DNA of 64,000 nucleotides. Source: Vicugna vicugna (Eukaryota). Below the pieces are notes generated by a model. It ran no database searches, was not told the origin of the DNA, and worked only from the letters and a program-made list of their open reading frames with translations. Shown one piece after another: positions 13,091-25,419 of the stretch. The stretch's first letter is position 1. The number at the start of each line of letters is the position of its first letter. The stretch is from positions 2,644,948-2,708,947 of the forward strand of contig MU057651.1 of the NCBI GenBank assembly GCA_013265495.1, read 5' to 3'. The position numbers and the translations under genes are program-made.

Positions 13091-14114
13091 ACCCTTTAGG
13101 ACACTTTTATAGCTCTTTTTTTAACCCCCTTTGGCTGGATGCATGGATGAATGAAAGGTCATCCTTTTCTGTAACTGAATAAGCCTCCGGGAGGTACCTA
13201 CCTATGGTTGAGTCCAGAAAACCTCAAGCTGAAAGGCTAAGATGCAAGAGCTTAGGTTCCCGGAAGAACGGAACAAACACAGAGACTCCGCGTGTAGACA
13301 AAGGATTCAGAGCGGAGTAAGGAAGAGAAAGCAGGTTTGGGGCCATCTTCTCGGAAGTCATGCGCGCTGAATCTTACAGCGTGGCGGAAGGCACGGGTCA
13401 GAGCGCCAGCGCGCACTAGTCAGGAAGCCTGGTGGGCGATGTTTGAAAAGCACCCAATACGTAGATCTTTTTTTTTTTTTCCTGGATCGTTTGTAGGTAA
13501 GTTCTGTACCCCATCGCCCCTTCTTTCCTAAGAGTAGAGATATTATACGTAACCACAGTGCACTCACCAAATTTGTACATTGATACAAAATATGTGTGTC
13601 TCCTCTTGGTCAGTATTCCGTCCCTGCCGGTTGATCTGGCCACGTCCTTTATTGCATTTCTTTCCCCACCATCACAAGATCCCCCCAGGGTCAGGTTAGG
13701 GCGTCTCAGAACATCCGGGTATTCAAACATTACCCTTCAGTGAGAAGGGATGAAAATAAACGTCCGCTAGTGTCATGTCGACATGGATCCGAGAATTCCT
13801 CGGCCAGGCCCTCATTCCCCACATTTCCCGGCTCTGCCGAGACACCCGTGCAGGCCTGTCTCCCTTCTGGGCAGGGGCCACCCAGCACCATGTGATCCAA
13901 GGTCACGGACGTGTCACTCTGCTGGTGGCTGTGGCTGCAGCTGTGCCCTGTGCCGTGATCCGGGCCAGACAGTCCTGTGGGCGGACTGCACCTTGGAGCC
14001 ATCGCGGGCTGCAGGCTCCAAATGTCCCCTGGCCACGTGCTCCTGCCCATGGGGATGGAAGCCACTGCGCAGGACCACCACGCGGTGTGTGGGTGGCCCT
14101 GGAGAAGCCGCCCC

Positions 14115-14515
14115 CTTACCAGGGACAAGGCTGTGTGTCTTGGTGCTCAAAAGCTTCACCAAGGGAAATGTACTGTTTACCCTGAGATGTCAGGACCAAA
14201 AGCAAGATTTCATGATAGTGAGGAATTCAGGGATCCAAATACGAGCGAGAAGGCCCTTTCAGCTGACCGTAGAGAATCTGATAAACTCTAAAGATGATTA
14301 GTAACGACTGATTGTCACCACGTGCTGCTCAGGGTGTCATCGCAGCAGGGGGAGTGCCTGGCACCGAGTGAGCGGGCACTCTGTGAGATTAGTCAGGCCT
14401 GGGAATTCGTATCACGCCAATGAGTTTATCAGCAGAGCAAGTGAACAGAGGATGTGAATGACGGGCCCTGGGGCCCCGGCTCTGTCTCGGACCTTGTAAC
14501 ACCCTTGATAAAGGA
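14115..14515 (-). promoter_or_regulatory. GATA-site-rich promoter and candidate non-coding first exon (possibly GATA4 distal exon 1b)
   Basis: WGATAR at 14213, 14279, 14426 and 14506; CCAAT at 14417; TGTTTAC at 14174; minus-strand donor CTG|GTAAGG at 14120/14119. The gene assignment is inferred from locus layout only. Confidence 0.4.
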
Positions 14516-16448
14516 GAAGGGAGAAGGCGAAGGGGTCCCCGGACAGCCTGAACCCGCTCCTGCGGGTGAGGCCAGACCTGCAGCCCCCGTGCACAGGAGG
14601 GCATGCCTGGAAGGCAGTGGTGAGCAGCACTGGGGGCGGGGATTGATCTGTGGTCCTAACACAATCGCAAGATGCCCTGGGCCTACCCTGCCGTCCTCCG
14701 GAGTTCATGCCTCTGGGCTCAATCTGCATTTTTTAAGATGCCCCCCGACAATTCCCATGTGCACCGGTATTCCAAACGGGGTGATTCTTTGAGTCTTCTA
14801 AACAGGGAAGTACGGGCTGCCCCCGGCATACAAAGGTGGGGAGACTGGCGGCATTCTGGGAGGGCCTCCTGGTGGCAGCAACACCTCAGCGGAGTCCTGG
14901 AGTATCCAGGATGGTCAGTTTCACCAAGAGGGGGCCAAAGAAGGCCTTACAGATTGAGAGAGACTTCAGGGCTCACCGAAGCCAAGAAAGAATTTACCAC
15001 GTGGCTATAGTTCATCGTCGCATGCTGGGGCCAGAGGACAGGGAGGGGGCTCAGCAGGCTTGATAAAAGGCCAGGATGGAACCGTAGAAGGGACTTCTCT
15101 CACGTTCAGGCATTTCTACATTATCCCAAGGGAGATGGGGAGGTCCGATCTGTCGGTCACGGGGCCTACGGACACGATTTACACCCTGCCAAGAGGCGTT
15201 GCCTGTGGTCCCCCAAGATCCCCATGTTGCCTTGGTCCCAACACAGCGATTGATTTGCTGGGGGATGACCCCTGGCCAAGGTGCGGTGCGTTTGCCAGAG
15301 GGCGGAAGGATGGGCCAGTCAGACGCCTGCACCTGGGCTGGGGACAGGGTCTGGTCGAGGAGGCCAGGCGAGGCCCAGCGTGAGAGCAAAAGTCAGCCCC
15401 AGACAGGTGCCCTCCATCCCGTGTGTCCGTGAGCCTGGGTTACACAGTCCGTTTCCAGTTTCCACTGAAATCCATTTCTCCTACGATGTCTTCACGTCAA
15501 CTCGCCTTTTCCCGAGGAAGCTGGAATCAGAAAGGCTTCACCGCCAGGAGCTCACTGGGGGACCCTTTTTCTGTCTGGCTTACGGAGGTCAGGAAAATTC
15601 ACCTTGTGTGGCGGTTGGTGAAGGTGTGCAGCTGCGTTGCCATGACATCGGCGAGGATGGGGAAGACTCCCCTCTTCGGAAAGGTTCCCTCAGGCCCCCT
15701 CCCCACCCCAGCAGCCGCTGCCGGGTTTTCTGTCCCAGTGATTTGCCTTTTCGAGGTGATGGCGCGAATGGAACCGCACAACGTGGGGCACTTTCTGTCC
15801 GACCTCTTAACACTCGGCGTAACGCATTCGAGGTTCACCCGTGTTGTTCCCTGAATCAGTGGCTTGTCCCTTTTTCACGTGATGACCTCAATTTGTACAT
15901 CCGTTCACTGGCTGATGGAAATTCGGGCCAGTCTCAGTTTGAGACAAGTATGAATAAAAGAGCTTCACGGGATTTTTGTTTTCTTCTGGGAACGTAAGTT
16001 TTCATTCGTCCTGGGTAAGTTCACGAGGAGTGAGACGGACGGTCAGGTCGTCGCTCGAAATGCGTTTCGCTTTGTAAGAAATTCGCCAGACCTGTGCCAG
16101 TCCCATCTGCTCCCAAAACGGACGTGGGTTCCAGTTCTGCGTCTTGATCAACACTTGGTGTTGTCAGATTTACTAATTTTAGCCGACCTGGCTGGTGCGT
16201 CATGATGTCTCATTCTGATTTTAATCTGCCCTTCCGTCACGGCAAGTAACACAGAGCGCTTTTTCTCGCGTGCTCACTGGTTATATGTACACGTTCTTTT
16301 CTGAAGTCTTGATCTTTGGCCCTTTTTTTACTTTTCTTTTTACACTGTTTTCTTATCACTGACTTGTGAGAATTCTCTCTATGTACTGCATACCTGTCCT
16401 TCAGCAGACACGTGCTTTGCAAATATATCTTTTCCTTTTTTGTGTTAC

Positions 16449-16580
16449 TTTTTTATTTGTTCTTTTGGGCGGAGGGGAGGTAATTACGTTTATTTATTTA
16501 TCTTAATGGAGGTCCTGAGGATTGAACCCAGGACCTCGTGCATGCTAAGCACATACTATACCACTGAGCTACACCCTCTC
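16449..16580 (-). mobile_element. vic-1-type SINE
   Basis: GGAGGTAATTACG...GATTGAACCCAGGACCTCGTGCATGCTAAGCAC...CCACTGAGCTACACCCTC. Confidence 0.9.
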
Positions 16581-16743
16581 CCTCTTTCTCATTTTTTAAC
16601 AGTATCTTTCAAAGAGCTGAAGTTTTTAATTTTGCATGTTAAAAATGATCCGTTTATCCTTTTGCACTTATTTTGTATCCCATCTAAGAATTTCTTGCCT
16701 CACCCAAGACTGCAACATTTTTCTTCTATGTTTTCTAGTTTTT

Positions 16744-16749
16744 TATTTA

Positions 16750-16780
<31 letters not shown>

Positions 16781-16904
16781 TTTTTAATGGAGGGAGGTAA
16801 TTAGGTTTGTTTATTTATTTATTTTTAGAGGAGGGACTGGGAATTGAACCCAGAACCTCATGCATGCTAGGCATGCACTCTACCACTGAGCCATACCCTC
16901 CCCC
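16744..16904 (-). mobile_element. vic-1-type SINE
   Basis: Same head and tail with a (TTTA)n tail; probable TSD GTTTTCTAGTTTT near 16730 and 16909. Confidence 0.9.
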
Positions 16905-18444
16905 AGAAGTTTTCTAGTTTTAAGCTCCTGCGTTTAGCTCTGCAATCCAACATGAGTTAGTTTCTGTAGATGATGTGAGGTGAGGGTCAAGGGGCTGTTT
17001 CGTGTTGCACACAGGTGTCCCCTGTCCCACTGGGTGACCTGAAGGAGTTGGAACAGCCAAGGTGTGTTACAGAAAACTCGACCTGGCTTCACCGTGGAGC
17101 CAGGCGACCAGCTGGGGACTTCTGATGGGGACAATGGTGGGTTGCAATGGAGAGGATAGAAGAGGTTCTAAATTATTGGAGGCAGACATCTGCTGGCCAT
17201 GGGTGGGACTGGAGATCCCTGGCAGAGCGGAAGAGAGACTGGGGGATGGAGAGGAGGGTCCCCCCAGTCCTCCCCACTGCCCCCATGGAAACACAGGAAA
17301 CTCCAACAGGCAGCCGGTGTACAAGCGGACACACTTTTTTGTTAGCTTCATAGAGAACAGGGCTGGTCAATATCATGCTTGCAATTTTTAGAAAATGGTT
17401 AAAAGTCTGAATCTTTTGCATAAAAATCAGTCTTAGCTTCCATCAAAAAATTAGTGCATTTAGCACAAGGGGCCCCCGTTCTCAGGAGGCAGCAGGCCTC
17501 TGGGGCCGCACAGCTGAAGAGATTTCTTCTCATGTGGCCTGAGGATGGTCTCAGGCCCCTGCCCTCGCAGCAAAAAGGTGTGATGGTGAGCACCAGGCAT
17601 CTTTAACCTCTATGTTGGGGGGCGATTTCTAACAGCAAAAAGGAAGGCCTGGGGAAGGTGGCTGCTAATTGGACAGCTGACCATCTCTGGACCAAAGGAC
17701 GTGATCCTAGGAGCAGGGAAAAGCCAAGACCCCCATCTCCTGCAGGAGCAGCTTCCTGGGGATCAGGATCTGGGTGCGGAGGCACAACTCTGAATCCCTA
17801 AGTATCCAAACCTATTTACACCTCTCCATCACAAGGTCCTTTTCAACCACTTAAAAAAAAAAAAAGCCAATTCAGCCCCTTAGCTCAGTTCAATGTTAAT
17901 TAAACACTAACATCGTACAAACTTTGCATAATGAAATATTCTTCCAGCCCAGGACACTTTATGGTTTTAATCCTCAAAGCTGCAGAGCTAATAGGAGAAT
18001 CTAAAATAGAAACAAAATTATTTAACTGATTCACAGCCACTGAGGATTCCGTGATTGGCGCGACTTGCATGATGTGTGAGGAGCTCAGCCAGTGGAGGTT
18101 TTCAAGGCAGCCTCTCAACGTCGGTGTTTAAATGGTTAAAACCAGAACCTGCTTCAGTTCATCAGCACACGTTCCTTAAAAGGATTACTCTGCCTGCAAA
18201 TGGTGTGAGACCGCGCAGAGAGCAGACCAGCTGGTCCTGGACAACTTGAGGAAGATCTCGCAGGCAGCCCTTGCGGTGACCGGAAGCCCAGTCCAGTTGA
18301 GCGGTGATCAGGGGCGTCTTGGCTTCCATCCTGGGGCCACGCTGCTGCTGGACGAGTGTGAAAGAAGTGTCTTATGATCGTGTGCAAAGCCTTTCTGGTT
18401 TGTTCCACCATCAGCGTCACACAAGGTTTAGAACTCACAAGATT

Positions 18445-19303
18445 TTTTTTTTTTTGGAAGGACAGTCAGTTTCCAGTGTTGCGTCAGTTTCCAGTGCACA
18501 GCGTCATGTTTTAGTCACACATTTACATTCATATATTCATTTTCATGTTCTTTTTCACCGTAAGTTACTATAAGATATTAAATAGACTTCCCTGTGCTCT
18601 ACAGGAGAAACTTGTTGTTTATCTATTTTACATGTAGTAGTCAGTATCTGCAAATCTTGAACTCCCAATTTATCCCTTCCCACCCAATTTCCCCCTTGGT
18701 AACCATAAGTTTGTTCTCTATGTCTGTGAGTCTGTTTCTGTCTTGTAAATAAGTTCATTTGTGTTTTTTTTTTAGATTCCACATATGAGTGATCTCATAT
18801 TGTATTTTTCTTTTTTTCTGGCTGACTTCACTTAGTATGACGATCTCTAGGTCCATCCATGTAGCTGTAAATGGCGTTTATTCTTTTTCATGGCTGCATA
18901 GTATTCCAATGTATACATACACCACAGCTTCTTTATCCACTCATCTGTTGATGGGCATTTAGGCTGGCTCCATATCTTGGATATTGTAAATAGTGCTGCT
19001 ATGAACATTGGGGTGCAGGTGTCATTTTGAAGTAGGGTTCCTTCTGGATATATACCCAGGAGCGGGATTCCTGGGTCATATGGTAAGTCTATTCCTAGTC
19101 TTTTGAGGAATCTCCATACTGTTTTCCACAGTGGTTGCACCAAACTGCATTCCCACCAGCAGTGTAGGAGGGTTCCCCTTTCTCCACAGCCTCTCCAGCA
19201 TTTGTCATTTGTGGACTTTTGAATGACGGCCATTCTGACTGGTGTGAGGTGACACCTCACTGCACTTTTGATTTGCATTTCTCTGATAATTAGTGATATT
19301 GTG
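18445..19303 (-). mobile_element. 5'-truncated young L1 (ORF2 C-terminus, 3' UTR, polyA)
   Basis: ORF 18847-19311 [50 protein letters not shown]; poly-T at the left end; TSD GAAC(T/C)CACAAGATT at 18431-18444 and 19304-19317. Confidence 0.96.
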
Positions 19304-19499
19304 GAACCCACAAGATTGAAAGATCAAGTGACTATATGACCGATTTTTCCAGAAGAAACTCAGTATTCCCTCTTTTCCTTCTTCCCCTGAATTTTTATTT
19401 TACTTCCTCCTCTTTCATTTTCCATGAAACGAGCCCCATTTCTGAAGCAGCCCATTCACCATAGACGGGTCGTAGCTGTGTGATGCAGACCTCATGTGA

Positions 19500-19690
19500 C
19501 AACCATGCCAGGAACTTCGTGTATAGGCACATCCTCCAGTGAACCCAAACAACACGTTTTCAGATAAATATTATCATCCCAGTCTTACAGTCCAGAGAGT
19601 GACCTCAGGGGAGCTAGGAGACTTCTCGAGGTCACTTGGCCAGTAAGTGATGGGGCTGGGGTTTGCAGCCACATCTGTCTGACCCAAGAC
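19500..19690 (-). mobile_element. MIR
   Basis: ATTATCATCCCAGTCTTACAG...GAGGTCACTTGGCCAGTAAGTGATGGGGCTGGGGTTTG...TCTGTCTGAC. Confidence 0.65.
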
Positions 19691-19888
19691 CATTGTCTTC
19701 CACCTTTCCCGGGTGCCTCTGCCATCATTTCTTGTCATATTATGATTTCCCATGTAACCAGTGATTTAAATGTGTGACCTAGTGGGATTTCTATGTGCAA
19801 AATTCTGCAATTAGATTTCACTATGGTGAACTTCTTGCCCTTCAGGAAAGGGGCTCTCATTTGGGGGGGGATCATAAAATGTAATCTT

Positions 19889-19976
19889 GTGGTGGGAATA
19901 GCTCAGTGGTAGAGCACGTGCTTAGCATGCATGAGGTCCTGGGTTCAATCCCCAGTGCCTCCAAAAAAGGAAAAGA
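19889..19976 (+). mobile_element. vic-1-type SINE, tRNA head plus A tail
   Basis: TAGCTCAGTGGTAGAGCACGTGCTTAGCATGCATGAGGTCCTGGGTTCAATCCC; TSD-like AAAATGT(A/G)ATCT on both sides. Confidence 0.9.
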
Positions 19977-20695
19977 AAAATGTGATCTCACTTGCCCGTG
20001 GCTTTGAGTCCAGTGTGAAGGACGGTATTACATCCTTTGCTTATTCAAGATAGGAATTTTGACCTGCAACCTTGCCCCCATCTCCACTGGCTTTTAGGGA
20101 GCTTGAGGACTTGGTGAGGATGCTAGGTTGGGAATCCAGACCGTCTGAGAGCAGGGACACCCACAGGATGGGAGACCCAGAACGGGCAGTGGGAGGAGCT
20201 ATTCCTAGAGAGCAAATGCAGGCGGGCAGTGTATCCACAAAGCCCACGAGCGGGGGACCCTCCTGACGGTGAGATGCCCGGTGGCATCTGAACGTCCGTT
20301 GTAGGGCAAGTGGATGGAGGTGGCTTCACGGTGCGGTCAAGGACAGACGTCCACGGCAGGTCCTCGGTGCCCAGGCAAGGACCATACCCAGCTGCTGTCC
20401 AGCAGGGAGTGCGTCAGAGGTCAAGAGCTGTGGACAGGACCATGTGGATGCCCCACGGCCAGGACGGGGACACAAGTCTATGCGGGACCTGCCCCCTGAG
20501 CACCTCTGTGAGGCCCCTTCAGGTGTCCCTTAGGACAAGCCCCACGAGGCTCAGCTTCTGCAGGGGTCTTCACAGGAGGGGACGCAGCTCTGAAAGCCTG
20601 GACTGCGAGCCTCAGGGCCAGTGGCTTTGGATTATGTTTTAAGCATCTAAACACAACGTGCACTTAACCGACGCCGATGAAGACATGACTCTCAT

Positions 20696-20799
20696 GGGGA
20701 GGGTGTAGCTCAGTGGTAGAGCGTGTGCTTAGTATGTACGAGGTCCTGGGTTCAATCCCCAGTCCCTCCACTAAAAACATAAAAAAATAAATTAAAAAA
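20696..20799 (+). mobile_element. vic-1-type SINE, tRNA head plus A tail
   Basis: GGGGAGGGTGTAGCTCAGTGGTAGAGC...GGTTCAATCCCCAGTCCCTCCA then A-rich tail. Confidence 0.9.
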
Positions 20800-21147
20800 G
20801 AGAGTTGATTTCCTGCAAGCACCATGAGAAATGCAAGGAACTGGAAAGGTGGTTCAGGTGATGATGCCATGGGCCATCTGAGAGGCTTCCTTAGCATGGG
20901 GTGTGGAACGGAGGCCGGTGGGATGCCCAGAGCAGCGATGTCCATCCCAGGAGCACCCCTCACAGCGAGGCCACGCGAGCTACCAAGCTGCCCGGGGACC
21001 CCAAGGTTCCAGGGAGACCTGAGGCTCCGTGAGTGCGCCCCCTCCCTGCCCATCACACAGACTGCTGTGGACTTGTCCGGGGAGTCATCCCATCACCCGC
21101 AGAGTCCGCTATCACAGCGCCTCGGGTGGGCGCAGCAGAAGGACAAC

Positions 21148-21618
21148 TAACACTGAGCAGGACCCCGGGGGGCCCTCCTGGGTCAGACCCCTCCCCGTGT
21201 CCTCCCCTGCAGCTCCTGCCTGAAGGGCCCAGCTCAGAGCGTCTCACGTGTATTTCCTGAGTGTTTCAGATGCTCAAAACCACCCCCAAAGGGAAGAAAT
21301 TAGCTACTTGATGATGGAGAGCGCGTGGCCCCCGGACCTTCTGGTGCCTGGGGGGCTGATGGTGTTGACCGCCCTGTTACCCCGACATCAGCCAATCAGA
21401 GGCTTGTGCATGAGCTCATCATGTACCCTGCGACCCCTGTCCCTCAGCTGACCTTTAAATATGCTTTGCTGAAACCCTTTGCGGAGTTCGGGGTTTTTTG
21501 GGGGCAGGAGCCTCCTCGCTCAGCCCTGCAATAAAACTTTCACTGCTCCAACCTCCTACATTTCGGTTTGTTTGGCATCTCTGTGTGCGTCGGGCACACG
21601 AACTTGCCTTCGGTCACA
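21148..21618 (+). mobile_element. Solo ERV1-like LTR
   Basis: CCAAT at 21392, TTTAAATA at 21454, AATAAA at 21530, 3' end TTCGGTCACA; 5' TG degenerate and no clear TSD. Confidence 0.75.
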
Positions 21619-21624
21619 CTTGTG

Positions 21625-21730
21625 CTTTGGAGTCAGACAGACCTGGGTTCCGGTTTGAATTCCGCTTCCCAGTTGTGCAATTCTGGACAAAGGACACCGC
21701 CTTTCGAAGCTCAATTTCCTCAGCTGCAAA
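21625..21730 (+). mobile_element. MIR
   Basis: CTTTGGAGTCAGACAGACCTGGGTTC...CTCAATTTCCTCAGCTGCAAAA. Confidence 0.7.
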
Positions 21731-24700
21731 ACCAGCCCCCTCCCCCCTTCCCTGATGGCTCAGTGGATTTCTATGGTTTACTGAATTTTGTGCATCACGT
21801 TTCAATACTCTGTTGCCACACGGTAAACCACTCCACACTTAGTGGGGGTCAAACCTGCTGCGTTACGTTTGAAGACATGCACGTTCATAATTCTGACCTG
21901 GTTCGGCAGGCCTGCCTCTCCCCTGCTGTGTCTTGTCCTTGGAATAACCCCCACCCCGTCCGAGTGATACTGTGATCATTTAAGGAGAGGCCATGGGAAC
22001 CAGCTCAGACCAAAGATGATGGAGCAGAGGGAGGCCCACTGGAGGGTCTAGAAAAGGAGGATCCTGTCCCCGTGGGACACGCGCTGTGAACAGGAGGGCA
22101 GGGGGCCCCCGTGACGCTGGCCACCCCTGCCCCGGCTCCAGGGCGTGGGCTGAGGAGGACCCTGGCCATCCGCAGGGGACAGCAGACGGAATGAAGCCTC
22201 TGACGTCCTCTCAGACCACCCAGCCCTGGGCGTCCAGTGCCAAAGCCAGGCCATGCCCTCACTGTGGAGTCTTCTGTCTGCCATTCCTGGCAGCTTAAAG
22301 CACCACCTCTGGTGCAAATGTTCACTCACATAGAACACACCCATTAAAAGATGTGGCATCGCAGGGGCACCTTCCTGTCCTTGCAGCCCGAGTCACTCCA
22401 GATCTCCAGCATAAGGCAGAGCATCACGTAACCAACCCTCAGCCGTGCAGCGCGCTTGCGCCCAGGGAGGGTGCCGGGAGCCTGCAAAGGCTGCCCGGGC
22501 TGAAAAAGGCACCAGCCCGCTGCGAAACCCCGGAGCCACCACCGTGCCCTCCAGCCCCTGCCGAAAACTCTGGCTGGAGCAGAGCCCACGTGATTCTGGA
22601 AGATGCTCTGGCATTCCGCTGGGTTCAGCCTGCATCTGAAAAAGATCCGCAGGACGCACTATAGCCGTTTGCTTTGGGGAACTTTCTAGGGAATAATTCA
22701 CGTCTACTGCTGGCACTCGAATGAGATGACTCAGAGCATCTCTCCGGCAGCGGTTGCCCGACGCCTTCAGCCAACTGCAGAGGACACCCCCTTGGGGCCC
22801 CCACCCAACCCAAGAGCTGGAGCTGACACTGAAGGCCCGGGGTAGGGTCTTTCGAGGATGCTGCGTGCCTGTTCTGGCAACGATCCTTCCAGAAAAGCCA
22901 CTGAGAACTTCCGTCATTGTGAAGAGCGCAGATTTCGCTGGACTGGGGACCTTGGGCGGTTCCCCCAAACACCCCGAGCCTCAGTGTCCTCAGACACCAT
23001 GCAGGAACCCCTAAGGGGGGTGAAACTGACCCGAGGAAGCACCTAGAATCCCCAGCCAGGTCCCAACCCAGGGCGCATGCCGGGCCAGTGGGTTTATTTA
23101 GACTGAACCTGCGAGGCACTGGGTCGGGATCAGACCCTAGGAATAGCCCCCATGCCATGCGGTGATGTGGGGACCACCATCAGTCAGAGTTGGGGGCTCC
23201 ATCTCCAAGGGAGCCGTCGGTAAACGCTGGGCGCCCCCCAGCCCCCTTGGGGTGTTAGTCTTTCTGTTCTTGCCAGAAGGCTGGCCGGACCTGGTGAGAC
23301 CCTGGGTGCGCCCCTCCTAGAGAAGGAAGACTTAAAACAACACTTAGTGCATCCGAGGACAGTGTCCAGAGAACGCACGTCTCCAGCTCCCATCCGGGGA
23401 CGGGTCCTTACATTGGCGGGTCCTCCGACGCGCTGCTCAGGGCTGTCTGCACGGTGAGCTTTGAGCCGGGCCGTCTGATCCCCCTTCCCAGACAGGCTGC
23501 TCGCCCCGAGCTGCAGACGGCCAGCTGTCCAGGCAGACGGGGTGCAGGGAGTCGCTGGGAGGGAAACGCTGAAGAAAGAGAACGAGAAAGTGATGCTGGC
23601 CGCCCTGAGCTCCCCCTTTGACAGCCGCCTGTGAAAGAAGGCCTTTCCCGCTTCACTTACTTCATGTATGTTTCCCTGGCTTTCCCAGGTTTACAGGGAC
23701 AGTTAAAAATACGTAAAATGTCAACTCCTTAACGTGGCCTTTTGCCTTTCCCCAGAGTCACGATGGGCGTGCTTCCATCTCCGAGTGTCCGGAGGGAGTT
23801 TCGCACTGTTTTCATCTGTGCTGCCTGCAGCCGCTCCCAGGTTCATCCTGTGGGGCAATTGTACCCTTTTTTGATTTTTTTTCCCCTGCTGCTATGAATA
23901 GCTCTGTAATAAAAACCTTCGGGCAAGCTGCTTTTAAAGAAATGTTCCTTTATGTATCTGATTAGAACGCTGCTGTTGGCTCCATTATTGTCGAGGAAGG
24001 GGATTCGCTCGGGGCCACCCTGGGGAGGGCTGCAGGGGACATGTGCCCCGGGGCAGGAGGCAGAGGCCCCTCCGGTCCTCCCGGCTTCCCCCGCCCCTCA
24101 CCAGGTGACTGGCATCCTTCAGGGCGTGTGCCCCCATCAGCACCGGCCAGCCAGTCACCCTGCAGTCCCCGTTTCCACTGCCGGCGGCTCCCTCCGTGTG
24201 AGATACCCCAGTGAATGTTCCATCTCGTTAGTCCAACTTGAATTTCACAGGAGGCTGGAGGTCATAGGTCAGGCGTCTTGATAGGGCGGGTGGACCATTA
24301 AGGGCACCAAGTTTAGTTTAATTTTATCTGCAAAAAAGAATTTGACAGGCCACTCACAAAGCTTAGCGTCCGAAAAACACCACCATATTCTTGGGTCAAG
24401 AGAGGGAAGGAAGGAGTAGGAGGGAGAGGGGAGAGAGGGAGGGAGGAGAGACAGAGGCAGGAGGAGCGGGGGGGAACCCGAGAATGAGGCTGTCTGGTCC
24501 TCCGGGCATCCACCCTGCTTTTCGCACCAGGTCCCTCATCCAGAGCCCCCGTTCGCCTCCACTACACCCCTTTCCACGGACTCTGATGACTCACGTTCTC
24601 AACCCAACAGACATTCCCAGACAGACGTGTCTCGGCCTGTCCTGGGTGGACTCGCCGTTCCCAGTCAGGGGACCTGACCTGCTCCCCGCTTTCTTCTTGC

Positions 24701-24744
24701 AGCCAGGAGCGGCCTTACCGCCCACTGCGCGGCGCAGGGCAGGG

Positions 24745-24892
24745 CTCTGACTGTGGTCCCCAGGCCAGCAGTGTCTACACCTCCTGTGAGTGCATCAGAA
24801 ATGCAGATTCTGGGCCCCACCCAGGCCGCCCGGCTCAGATCAGACACTCCGGGGCGGGCGCGCCTGGCCTCCGGGCTTTGGAGAACCAGTGG
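24745..24892. mobile_element. MER5A-like hAT-Charlie relic
   Basis: GTGGTCCCCAGGCCAGCAG...AGAAATGCAGATTCTGGGCCCCACCC...TTTGGAGAACCA. Confidence 0.7.
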
Positions 24893-25419
24893 CTGACAGG
24901 TGGGAAAGCTCAGTACGGACAGTCCGGGTCTGCCTGAGCCCACAGCTCTGTCATCAGACAGCGGGGCTGCCGGATTCAGTCCCACTCACCTTGCAGGCGC
25001 ACACCTGCCCTCCCACCTGTTAGCATATGGCGTTAGCAAGCCCATAAAAGCCGAGAACCCTGCACCCCGTGGCTCCTCTCCCTTTGGAGTGAGACGGCCC
25101 GCACTCTCTTGATGGCCTGCGCATCTCTCTTTCCTGCACGACGCCCGGGACCCACCCTCGGTGAGGCACGCACGTCCTCAACGGGGAGCCCTCTGGCCCC
25201 ACAGTTTCCTGCATCAGCTCAGTGCATAGCTCAGTGTCAGAGATGCTCGGTGGATGAGAGACGCGGGGCGTTCCCCGGCCCCCCCCCATTTGATGGAGCT
25301 GCTGCTGAAGGAAAGAGACACACACTTGCGGGCGCCCCAGGTGCGTTTCCTGGCACAGGTTCTGTCGGATAAGTCTGCCTCTGACGCCCCCAACCTCCCC
25401 CAACACATGCCCATTTAAA

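Larger units (their letters stand above)
15450..17030 (-). mobile_element. Old L1M ORF2 3' region and 3' UTR, interrupted by two SINEs
   Basis: L1-like antisense text, e.g. GAGGTTCACCCGTGTTGTT, TCTCATTCTGATTTTAATCTGC, TTTGCAAATATATCTT, TTTCTTCTATGTTTTCTAG. Confidence 0.8.

Noticed and set aside
18465..18496. Direct repeat GTCAGTTTCCAGTG twice
   Set aside because: Lies in an L1 3' terminus that is already quasi-repetitive; no functional implication
18847..19311. 154-aa ORF as a host gene
   Set aside because: L1 ORF2 C-terminus inside a TSD-flanked truncated insertion
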